Virus record (IMG/VR): IMGVR_UViG_3300024520_000047
Coordinates: 1-64,000 of that record
Length of the DNA: 64,000 nt
Direction: 5' to 3' (one strand)
The notes below the pieces were generated by a model, which saw only the letters and a program-made list of their open reading frames with translations, was not told the origin of the DNA and ran no database searches. Shown piece by piece: positions 41,644 to 50,223 of the stretch. Each line of letters opens with the position of its first letter. Within the stretch, counting starts at the first letter, position 1. A program made the translations under genes and the position numbers.

Positions 41644-42219
41644 TTAATGAAAAATTACCATGCCACCTTTACGTGCTTGGTTGAAGGCTTCTTTCCACTC
41701 TTGGTATTTTGCTTGGAACCACTTTAAATCCTCTACTCCATATTCTTTATCGGGGTCTATTTTTAAAAACCATTTGTCTATAGTGTCCATTACGGTGTCT
41801 TCATACTGGACAAAATCTTGATATAATTTTTCACTCACTACTGGACCAATATATCCCTCAGCGTCAGAAAAATTAATTAATTCCATAAATGGGGGGCCGT
41901 AGTGTTCACCTTCTTCCCACGCTCCTTGTGCTCCACTTAACCAACCTATGGCCATAGCCAAATCATTTCTCCACTCATTATATCCACCATAAGAACCCGC
42001 ACGAAAACCTCTAGTAGTTCCCACATCATAATACCAAGTATCTTCTTCTAAACCATCAGTATGGTTGGGCCACCACTGTTGGTGGTATACCCACCTTAGA
42101 GGGTATGGGGACTTTTCCTCCCAACGATAATAATCGTCAGTGTATCCTTTTACCCCAGAAGGCACATCTTCTATAGGCACTTTCTGTAATTCATCCGTAT
42201 AAGAAATATCTAAACCCAT
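41644..42219 (-). CDS. phage hypothetical protein
   Basis: FRAGSYGGYNEWR...FMELINFSDAEG. Confidence 0.75.
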   Translation of the reverse strand: MGLDISYTDELQKVPIEDVPSGVKGYTDDYYRWEEKSPYPLRWVYHQQWWPNHTDGLEEDTWYYDVGTTRGFRAGSYGGYNEWRNDLAMAIGWLSGAQGAWEEGEHYGPPFMELINFSDAEGYIGPVVSEKLYQDFVQYEDTVMDTIDKWFLKIDPDKEYGVEDLKWFQAKYQEWKEAFNQARKGGMVIFH

Positions 42220-42491
42220 TAGGACATTAAAATTTTAACTTTTTCTACAGCTTCCTCTATTTCATCAAAATCCGTGTCGGGCGCTAAATAAGTTTTAGTT
42301 TTATTTGTGTGGTCTACAATACATAAAGTAGGAATATATTCAGTATTTATCTCCTCACTAATCCTCTCCCATTCTTTACTATATCGGTCTATATCTCTTA
42401 CTAAATATTTTATACCACTTTTTTTCAAATCCTCCTTAATCTTAGAACACCAAGGACATCCTTCTTCGGAATATATTAGTAATGTTTTCAT
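42219..42491 (-). CDS. glutaredoxin
   Basis: CPWC, YIPTL. Confidence 0.85.
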   Translation of the reverse strand: MKTLLIYSEEGCPWCSKIKEDLKKSGIKYLVRDIDRYSKEWERISEEINTEYIPTLCIVDHTNKTKTYLAPDTDFDEIEEAVEKVKILMS

Positions 42492-42503
42492 AATTAATAA
42501 ATA

Positions 42504-42776
42504 TTATAATAAATTTTTAAGTTTTTCTAAACCTTCTGTTTCATTTTCAAAATCTCTACCAGCGGATAAAAATTTTCTAGTTTTTTCTAAATAAGATTCT
42601 ACACATAAAGTAGGTGTAAATTTAAGATTGTCTTCTTCCTTCTGAACTGTTTTCCATAATGGTGTATGTTTTATAACATCTATAACTTTATAGGTTATAT
42701 TTTCTTTATCCAAAACTTCTTTTAATTTATGACATGCTTTACAACCATCATGTGAAAATAAAGTAATTTTTTTCAT
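42504..42776 (-). CDS. glutaredoxin
   Basis: CKAC, FTPTL; paralogous to neighbour. Confidence 0.85.
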   Translation of the reverse strand: MKKITLFSHDGCKACHKLKEVLDKENITYKVIDVIKHTPLWKTVQKEEDNLKFTPTLCVESYLEKTRKFLSAGRDFENETEGLEKLKNLL

Positions 42777-42777
42777 A

Positions 42778-43854
42778 TCAAACTTCTATCGTTCTAAATT
42801 TCTTCTCCACATTAACTAAACTTTCAAATATGATGTGGGTTAATTGGTAAGGGTCTGCGTTACTGGCAGGTCTTCGGTCTTCCAAATATCCTTTCCATTC
42901 GTTAGTAACTGTCGAAACTGGTATTCTAATACTTGCACCTCTATCGGAAACACCGTAACTAAAGGTATCGATATGTTGAGTTTCATGGGCACCTGTCAAT
43001 CTTTTATTATTTCCTGAACCATAAACTTCAATATGCTTTTGATGTTTTTTACCAAAATCTTCACAAATAGAATAAAATAAATTTTTACCACCCAATTCTC
43101 TCATCAAATCACTAGAAAAATTTACATGTAACCCAGAACCGTTCCAATCTCCTTCAATGGGTTTAGGTGTCAAGTCTACAATTACATCATATCTTTCTGT
43201 TATTCTATATAATAGAAATCTAGACAACCATAATTCATCCGCTGCTTTTTTTGCTCCTTCTGCAAATAATTGATACTCCCATTGTCCAATCATTACTTCT
43301 GCATTTACACCCGTTATATTGAGGCCAGCTTCCAAGCATACTTGTAAATGTTCTTCTACTATATCTCTCCCTGACACATTTTTAGACCCTATACCACAAT
43401 AATACTCACCTTGTGGAGAGGGATAACCCTCCGTGGGGAACCCCAAAGGTGTACCTTTTGTTGTTAAAACATATTCTTGTTCTAGTCCAAACCAATATTG
43501 GTTATCATCATTTAAAAAATGTCTTTTATTTGTTTTGTGTGGAGTACCATCAGAATTTAAAACCTCACACATTACCAAAAAAGCATCTACCCTTTGCGGG
43601 TCCATTATTGCTCTTACTGGTTGTAATAAACAATCAGAATGGTTACCTTCAGCTTGTAGGGTAGAACTACCATCAAAACTCCAAATAGGTAATTCACTAG
43701 GTGTAGGAATAATTCTACCGTTAGTGGCAATCGTTCTTTTACTCTGTATAGTAGGACTTTCAAGGGGGTCATACTCCCAAATCTTAGTTTTACTACGTAG
43801 ACTCGGTTCTGGTGTTGTACCATCCAACCAAATATACTCTAATTTTACTTTCAT
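42778..43854 (-). CDS. glnII: glutamine synthetase type II
   Basis: EYIWLDG...LRSKT, WSFDGSST.QAEG..SD, FGLEQEY, NAEVMIGQWEYQ, DWNGSGLHVNFS, DRGASIRIP, YLEDRRPASNADPY. Confidence 0.92.
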   Translation of the reverse strand: MKVKLEYIWLDGTTPEPSLRSKTKIWEYDPLESPTIQSKRTIATNGRIIPTPSELPIWSFDGSSTLQAEGNHSDCLLQPVRAIMDPQRVDAFLVMCEVLNSDGTPHKTNKRHFLNDDNQYWFGLEQEYVLTTKGTPLGFPTEGYPSPQGEYYCGIGSKNVSGRDIVEEHLQVCLEAGLNITGVNAEVMIGQWEYQLFAEGAKKAADELWLSRFLLYRITERYDVIVDLTPKPIEGDWNGSGLHVNFSSDLMRELGGKNLFYSICEDFGKKHQKHIEVYGSGNNKRLTGAHETQHIDTFSYGVSDRGASIRIPVSTVTNEWKGYLEDRRPASNADPYQLTHIIFESLVNVEKKFRTIEV

Positions 43855-43909
43855 TTAAAATTTAATTTTAATATAATTTATTTAGTTGTTACAATTATAA
43901 TTACAATAA

Positions 43910-45829
43910 TTAAAAAGGTAAGTCATCTAACGCATAATTTTCTCTTTTCATTTCTTCAGACACAAACCCATTTTCTTCATTCCACACCAACTTTTCTTTT
44001 TTTCCACTAACTTTATTAGAAATATGAATAATAGGATAAGCATATGGATTATGTTCTACATATTCCATCAACCGTCTTATTAATATCTTTTGTACAGATT
44101 GCCAGTCTTCACTTGGTGGTTGGTTAAATTTCATTTGACTTTGGATGTGGACAAAGGAGTTAGAAGAAGGGGAAATAACAAAACCCAACGAAGTAGCCCC
44201 ATTTGGAGCAAATTCCGAAGTCATTCTCTCTTCCCCCTTTCTTATGGAAATAATTAAACTTTTATAACGGTCTACATAACTTCTTACACAGTGGTGTTGG
44301 TGTTGTCCTTCATCAAAATAATCTAAGTCACTTTTAAGAATTTTAACTTCGTAGTTTTGTGTGGGTTTACCCACCCTTTTCCCTATACGAATATTTTGCT
44401 CTATAGCAGTCACAAACTCTTTTTCATACTGGTACACAGTTTCCTTATTTCTTTCACAGAGATGAATAAGATTAGACCACTCTAGGTGTTCATCCTCAAA
44501 TTGTTTTAAAGTTTTGGCTTTAATTCGTTTTTTAATTCCAAACCCCCATAATTTATTTTTAATCCTAAAATGGTCATACAATTGGTTTAAAAAAGAACTA
44601 TTACTTACATGCTTTAATACTTTGATTAAATTAAGTTTTTCATAATTAGTTAAAGTATAGTCGTACATTTCCTCAACCCCCACTATAGATGACTCATATT
44701 TTATATCGATATTCGCATTGGTAGTCTTAATAAAAGATAAGGGTAGTTGTTTAACATGTCTTTCACCGAATATTTCTTCTAACTCTTTTAAGTCAGTTAA
44801 ATTTAATGTACCACACGTATTTAAGAGTTTTATATAATATTTTCCTTTTAATTTTTTTTTATGAAGAATAGTTCTAACTAAATTCATATTACACTTACGT
44901 AGATATCTAATGCCGGGATAATGAGCGATAAGGTATTGATAATAATCGTTAGGGACTTTAATTTTCCATTGTTTTATAAACCACTTCATTAATGCGTCAC
45001 CTAATCCTGTCCCAAATCCTTTTTTAAAGGATATGTTTACTTGGAGTTCTTCTTTTAATTTTTGTTGTAAGTTAATTAAGAAAAGTTTTAAATCTTCACT
45101 GAATGTATCGGGTGCCATCGTACCCCCATCAAACCACGTTAATTTATTTAAAATATTAACATCAGTCAAAGGATTTAAAGTAGAAACAATTTTTTGAAAA
45201 TCATTTTTAGTTGTAGTTGTATTCCTTTTTCTACTACCAAATTTTGAGGTAGTAATAAAAAAATTCTTAGTTTTAAAATTAAAGGTAATGTGGATATCTT
45301 TACTATGTTTAGCAAAATATCTATGACCGACCTGTCTACTTTTAGCAAATTTAAAAATAGATAATTTAAGTTTATCTTTATTTTTTTCTAATACAATAGT
45401 AGTTCTATTAACTGAAGTGCTGTTGAAGACGTTTACACCTTCTTTAAGCCACGTTTCTTCATCTACTATTTGGGGGTTTAATATATTTCTATTGGGTGTA
45501 AAATAACCAACTTCAACATGTTTAGTATTAAAATCAGTCTTAGAACTAGGAATTTTTTCTATATAAGGTGTAGCCGTTCTTCCCTCATGTTTTTTATTGT
45601 CTAACGTTAAAAAATCAAACGGGTCATTCTCTTCAGTTTCTTCTGGAAGTATTGGATTGATTTCATTATAATTATGATGCTCTTTCAGGTCAAAAACCTC
45701 CATTTTATATTTTAAAATTAGGTCCCACTCTCTTTTTTTATCACTCTTTTTCTTCTTCATACCACAAAAATAACAAAAAAATAAAATAAAAACAACTAAT
45801 TTATTGTCGTATATTGTTCTTTTTTCCAC
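43910..45829 (-). CDS. PcfJ-like domain protein (true start probably MKKKKS)
   Basis: C-terminal DYFDEGQHQHHCVRSY...ISIRKGEERMTSEF. Confidence 0.7.
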   Translation of the reverse strand: MEKRTIYDNKLVVFILFFCYFCGMKKKKSDKKREWDLILKYKMEVFDLKEHHNYNEINPILPEETEENDPFDFLTLDNKKHEGRTATPYIEKIPSSKTDFNTKHVEVGYFTPNRNILNPQIVDEETWLKEGVNVFNSTSVNRTTIVLEKNKDKLKLSIFKFAKSRQVGHRYFAKHSKDIHITFNFKTKNFFITTSKFGSRKRNTTTTKNDFQKIVSTLNPLTDVNILNKLTWFDGGTMAPDTFSEDLKLFLINLQQKLKEELQVNISFKKGFGTGLGDALMKWFIKQWKIKVPNDYYQYLIAHYPGIRYLRKCNMNLVRTILHKKKLKGKYYIKLLNTCGTLNLTDLKELEEIFGERHVKQLPLSFIKTTNANIDIKYESSIVGVEEMYDYTLTNYEKLNLIKVLKHVSNSSFLNQLYDHFRIKNKLWGFGIKKRIKAKTLKQFEDEHLEWSNLIHLCERNKETVYQYEKEFVTAIEQNIRIGKRVGKPTQNYEVKILKSDLDYFDEGQHQHHCVRSYVDRYKSLIISIRKGEERMTSEFAPNGATSLGFVISPSSNSFVHIQSQMKFNQPPSEDWQSVQKILIRRLMEYVEHNPYAYPIIHISNKVSGKKEKLVWNEENGFVSEEMKRENYALDDLPF

Positions 45830-46008
45830 CCATATTAATTTTTATTTTAATTAATATTTCAGGAATGTTAGTTTATTTCCCATAATTTTTCCCATTTTTT
45901 AAAAAAATACGATAAAAATCAAATTATAACAAAACGTTTTTTATTATTTATGTTTTCTAATTATGGTCAGTGATTTCACATCATAAACCGTTAAAAAAAA
46001 ATGAAAAT

Positions 46009-46410
46009 ATGAAAAAATTAATTTTAACATTTGCGATTTCTGTTACAACTTTACTGAGTTTTTCACAAACTAAAGGAACAACTCAATTAAGTGCCTTACA
46101 TATATCGTCATCAGATGTTTCTATCAATGTTTCTTCACCTTCAGTAACCCATTACTTTATTGACAATATGGGTCTTACTTTAGGTATTGCAAATTTTGAA
46201 GATATAAATCTAGGTGCTCGATATTATGTAAAAAATAATAATTTCGCTTACGCTGGTTATGGAACAGGTTCTGAATCTTTAGATGTTGGTCTAGGTAAGA
46301 CCTACGATTGGGGAGATTATGTACAAATAGAGCCAAGACTTAACTTCACTGATATTATTAGTGATGATAGGAACTTGGGTTTAAGTGTACATTTGAATCT
46401 TATATTTTAA
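46009..46410 (+). CDS. outer-membrane beta-barrel-like protein (start moved to MKKLIL)
   Basis: Signal peptide MKKLILTFAISVTTLLSFS-Q; alternating strands (LGARYY, IEPRLNF); C-terminal VHLNLIF. Confidence 0.75.
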   Translation: MKKLILTFAISVTTLLSFSQTKGTTQLSALHISSSDVSINVSSPSVTHYFIDNMGLTLGIANFEDINLGARYYVKNNNFAYAGYGTGSESLDVGLGKTYDWGDYVQIEPRLNFTDIISDDRNLGLSVHLNLIF

Positions 46411-46462
46411 ACTATAACTTAATTCGTACTACAGTACATAAACCATTTAAAAATAAGAAAAC

Positions 46463-46687
46463 ATGAAAGATATTTTTGGAAATATTACTAGTTTCTTTAA
46501 TGGAGTTGTCGATTTACTAATGACTTTTTTGTCAGTAGGAATTTTAGTTCAAGTACTTTTCGGAGGAGCAGTATTTGGTATGGATGTTGTAGGCAACGTA
46601 ACTTCACTTATTGAATCTTTAGGTAACTCTGGATTTGTAGGGTTGTTAGCTGTTATAGTTCTAGTAAAAATACTAGATAAAAAATAA
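46463..46687 (+). CDS. small membrane protein
   Basis: 74 aa, two hydrophobic helices, GFVGLLA. Confidence 0.75.
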   Translation: MKDIFGNITSFFNGVVDLLMTFLSVGILVQVLFGGAVFGMDVVGNVTSLIESLGNSGFVGLLAVIVLVKILDKK

Positions 46688-46701
46688 CATAGCTTAAAAA
46701 T

Positions 46702-46730
46702 AAAAACCCCGGTCAAAACCGGGGTTTTTT
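46702..46730 (+). terminator. intrinsic terminator, probably bidirectional
   Basis: AAAAACCCCGGT-CAAA-ACCGGGGTTTTTT between convergent units. Confidence 0.9.
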
Positions 46731-46884
46731 AATATGTAAGAAATACCTTAGTCCTTGAAAAGTTTCAGCTATGGGAAGTGTATCAATATTCAAGATTTTT
46801 TACAATTCCGTCATTACTCGTCTTAGTACGCCACTGTTACCTTATAAACTAAGTTAATAAATCAAATCAATGATTTAAGATATC

Positions 46885-47664
46885 TTATACATATTCTTCA
46901 GCGAGAGTCCAAAGTTTTTTATTGACATTTAATCTTTGGTCAATATTTGTAAGTTCCCTTACTGTTTGTTGTCTTCCTGAAGCTAAATTATAAGTAATCC
47001 CACCAGTTAAGATTTTCTCTTGGACAACATTGAAAACATTCCAAAGTTGATTTCCCTTATCGTCTTGACGAATAGGTGAAAGTAAGTCTTCTAAAGGAAG
47101 AAATTCTTGACCGTTTTTCCATCGAGCTAAAATAGCTTTCTTAGCAAACTCTCTCTTAGCTTCCTCACTTAAAACTGTTTTCTTAAAATCGTCTACACAC
47201 CCCATTATTGTTGGAATGGAGGTCACTACTTTGTCAGTAATCTCCTGTACATCTTTCAATTCATACCACTGATGTTTAATTTTTACTTTCTCAAAAGTTT
47301 GGTCCGCGATTACCAAACCATTAGAACACACTAAACGAAAAAGTCCCGCGTGAAGATTAAAAGCGTTTCTTCCATCATGAGAATTAGTCAATACAATCTC
47401 AGGAATAATATCATCAATCATTGCAATATCATCATTTCTAAACCTTAACATGTGTTTAGTAAATAAACCACCATCACTTCTTGAATTACGTTGTGTAGCG
47501 TCATAAACTTGCCACCCACCTTTTCCTAAATCATCCATAATTGTAGTTGTGGGGATAAAGGTATATTTGGATGAAACATTAGTTGAAGGTCTGTTGGAAT
47601 AAACAGAAGGTGCATTTAATTGGATTTCTTCTTTACTTAAGGGTTGGTTGAATACGTTTCTCAT
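46885..47664 (-). CDS. DUF932/DUF945-family protein
   Basis: KYTFIPT, TKHMLRFR, LTNSHDGRNAF...GLFRLVCSNGL, NQLWNVFNVVQE. Confidence 0.9.
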   Translation of the reverse strand: MRNVFNQPLSKEEIQLNAPSVYSNRPSTNVSSKYTFIPTTTIMDDLGKGGWQVYDATQRNSRSDGGLFTKHMLRFRNDDIAMIDDIIPEIVLTNSHDGRNAFNLHAGLFRLVCSNGLVIADQTFEKVKIKHQWYELKDVQEITDKVVTSIPTIMGCVDDFKKTVLSEEAKREFAKKAILARWKNGQEFLPLEDLLSPIRQDDKGNQLWNVFNVVQEKILTGGITYNLASGRQQTVRELTNIDQRLNVNKKLWTLAEEYV

Positions 47665-47704
47665 TATTATTTATTTTAAATGTTTTATAATTAACTTTCT
47701 AATA

Positions 47705-47735
47705 CAAATATAGAAAAAATTTTTGGTACTACAAA
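47705..47735 (-). promoter_or_regulatory. Bacteroidota sigma promoter
   Basis: TTTG-N19-TATATTTG. Confidence 0.75.
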
Positions 47736-47761
47736 GTAATTAAAGAAAAAAATTAATAAAA

Positions 47762-47986
47762 ATGGGATTTAATAAAAAATGGTTAACTAATGAGTTAATA
47801 CACACCACCTATAATAACTCGGGATTACTAGGAATTAAAAAAAATATAGAAACCGCAGACGCATTAATATGTGAAGAGGGTTTATCTTCAGAGATAATGG
47901 ACTTACTATTGGAAGATAATGACAATACCGCTCATGTGTGGGATAAAATACTACAACTTATAATAAAAGATAAAAATGGACAATAA
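47762..47986 (+). CDS. hypothetical protein
   Basis: MGFNKKWL start; coupled to next ORF. Confidence 0.65.
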   Translation: MGFNKKWLTNELIHTTYNNSGLLGIKKNIETADALICEEGLSSEIMDLLLEDNDNTAHVWDKILQLIIKDKNGQ

Positions 47987-48302
47987 AGAAATTTTACAAA
48001 ACCTACAAAATTTAATAGAAAAAAAATATGAACCTATCCTAGTGGTGCAACTATTAAGAGTGCCACCACAAAAAGAACTAACTGCATTTGCACAAAAGCT
48101 TGTTTCCGACTTTGGGTATAAAGTATTAGTATTGCCGGGAGATATAGAAACAAAAGTAGAATTAATCAGTGTAATGAAAAGTGAGGTTATAAAAATTGAT
48201 TCTTTACAAGAAAAAGTTTTCAATTTAATAAGTGAATTAGAAAAAGAACATGAAAATTCTCTCCAACCAGTAGGGATTGCGTATAGTGGTGATGAAAGTT
48301 AA
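47976..48302 (+). CDS. hypothetical protein
   Basis: 108-aa ORF. Confidence 0.65.
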   Translation: MDNKEILQNLQNLIEKKYEPILVVQLLRVPPQKELTAFAQKLVSDFGYKVLVLPGDIETKVELISVMKSEVIKIDSLQEKVFNLISELEKEHENSLQPVGIAYSGDES

Positions 48303-48711
48303 AAACCCATATAACGGTTATTACTTTATAGGTGTTATACTATATCTGGTATTATTGTCTTCTATTTATTCCCAAACCCAGCAAGAAGTATTATCAGAAC
48401 TACAAAAACAAGAAGTGTTATTTCCCGAAATTGTATTAGCTCAATCTATTTTAGAAACTGGGTGGTATAAATGTAAGAATTGTTCTATGGATAAGAATAA
48501 CTTATTCGGTCTATGGAATCATAGACAACAAACTTATTATCAATTTAAAACATGGCAACTATCAGTCACTGCCTACAAAAATTATATTCAATATAAATGG
48601 TATAAAAAAGACTATGAAGATTATTATCAGTTTTTAACTGAGATAGGATATGCCACAGATATAAATTATATTTCCAAAATAAAACAAATAGTAAATAAAA
48701 TTACCCCCTAG
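48277..48711 (+). CDS. glucosaminidase (GH73-like) peptidoglycan hydrolase
   Basis: LAQSILETGW, NNLFGL, GYATD..Y; N-terminal hydrophobic segment. Confidence 0.85.
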   Translation: MRIVVMKVKNPYNGYYFIGVILYLVLLSSIYSQTQQEVLSELQKQEVLFPEIVLAQSILETGWYKCKNCSMDKNNLFGLWNHRQQTYYQFKTWQLSVTAYKNYIQYKWYKKDYEDYYQFLTEIGYATDINYISKIKQIVNKITP

Positions 48712-48735
48712 TAGAGCCATATAATATTTATAGGT

Positions 48736-49317
48736 ATGAAATTAATGGACCAGTTATCATATCTAATAGAAGATGTTAGTGGTACGGAAGAAACTCCCAC
48801 TACCTATTCTGATAAACTTATTACTTTTTTAACTGATGATGAGGGTGTGGGTGGTGAACCACTTCTATACACCTATGATGACGGTTACTATAATGACCCC
48901 CCTATAAAATATGATAGTAGTAGATATAAAGGTGGTAAACCTAAAGGCACATTAACAATAGGTTATGGTCATACAGGTAAAGAAGCTTATGAGGGTAATG
49001 TAATTAAAAAAGAAAAAGCTTTAGAATTACTCAAAGAGGATTTAGTGTGGTTTGTGGATGGGATGAATACAATATTATCTTCCTGGTCTAAAGCAGAATT
49101 ATCGGGAGCAAAACTAAATCAATGCCAGTATGATGCATTAGTTTCATTAATGTTTAATGGTGGAAGACAAGCTTTACGTATGTCGAACTGGATTCAAGAT
49201 ATTAAATATGGAAGATTCGATAAAGCCTCTGAAAAAATTAAGTCTTGGAATTGTCCTCTAGGTGTATGTAATAGAAGAATAAGAGAATCCAATCTATTTT
49301 CTAATTGTGTATATTGA
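48736..49317 (+). CDS. GH24-type phage lysozyme with N-terminal leader
   Basis: EG...D...TIGYGH, QYDALVSLMFNGG, RRIRESNLF. Confidence 0.85.
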   Translation: MKLMDQLSYLIEDVSGTEETPTTYSDKLITFLTDDEGVGGEPLLYTYDDGYYNDPPIKYDSSRYKGGKPKGTLTIGYGHTGKEAYEGNVIKKEKALELLKEDLVWFVDGMNTILSSWSKAELSGAKLNQCQYDALVSLMFNGGRQALRMSNWIQDIKYGRFDKASEKIKSWNCPLGVCNRRIRESNLFSNCVY

Positions 49318-49332
49318 CACTATTTATATTAA

Positions 49333-49860
49333 ATGAAATTACTTAAACATTTATCTAATATTATTTCTGAATACGCTATAAGCGATACTTTGGGGGATTT
49401 AGGTGCCGCAGCAATTGGTGCTACCGGATTTGTAGGAATGCCAGCAATGGTAGCATTAATCGCGAAGAATGTAAATGAAATTACAAATGGTTCTGATATT
49501 TTACAATCTGAAATGGATAAATTTATAAATGAACCAACGATAGAAAGTTTTAAAACTATTAAAAATAATATGGATACAGTCACAACCGATTTATTAGATT
49601 TAAGTTCTCGTTTAGTTCAATTAGTTCCAGACCCGACTGCTTTATCTGATATGGGTGCTTTTGCTGGTGAACAACTTTTACAATTAGGGTTAACTGAAGA
49701 ATTACCAGCAATACTCGACAAAACACATAAGATTATTGATGCCGTTCCATTTGTGGGAAAAACTGAGGTTGTAAAAGCAATGGATATAGTTGGGTCCGCA
49801 CATGAACTACTACAGACAGTAGGTGAAGCTTTTGAAGATTTTAAAGAATCTACACAATAG
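49333..49860 (+). CDS. helical hypothetical protein with leader (MKLLKHLSNIISE)
   Basis: 175 aa; hydrophobic Gly/Ala segment after leader. Confidence 0.7.
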   Translation: MKLLKHLSNIISEYAISDTLGDLGAAAIGATGFVGMPAMVALIAKNVNEITNGSDILQSEMDKFINEPTIESFKTIKNNMDTVTTDLLDLSSRLVQLVPDPTALSDMGAFAGEQLLQLGLTEELPAILDKTHKIIDAVPFVGKTEVVKAMDIVGSAHELLQTVGEAFEDFKESTQ

Positions 49861-50188
49861 ATACTTCATCACCAATATTAAGCCCTATTCTATCTACCAT
49901 TCCACTTTTTAACTCTAATACCTTATTTCCTATACCCGTATAACGTTCACACTCACTTAAACAAGGCACAGCGTTCTTCACAATATTAGTTACTGTATTA
50001 TTTTGGATAAAAATTATATCTAAGGGAATTAAACAATTTTTCATCCAAAAAGATAGTTCCTGTACATCCGGAAATATAAATAACATGCCACCATTTAAAT
50101 TTTTTCTACCCATCATTCCTTGAGAACGTTTATTTGGGGTATCCATAACCTCCAAAGGAATTTCATGTCGTTTATATTGTAATTTCAT
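49850..50188 (-). CDS. DUF192-family protein
   Basis: RSQGMMGR, GMLFIF, FWMKNCLIPLDIIFI, VLELKSG. Confidence 0.9.
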   Translation of the reverse strand: MKLQYKRHEIPLEVMDTPNKRSQGMMGRKNLNGGMLFIFPDVQELSFWMKNCLIPLDIIFIQNNTVTNIVKNAVPCLSECERYTGIGNKVLELKSGMVDRIGLNIGDEVSIV

Positions 50189-50223
50189 ACCTATAAATAC
50201 CTTCTACATTATATTTATTATAA

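Noticed and set aside
46745-46880. Intergenic stretch with TCTTGAA/TTCAAGG and TACT/AGTA pairings as a hammerhead-like RNA
   Set aside because: No CUGANGA...GAAA core in the correct arrangement; stems are short and expected by chance
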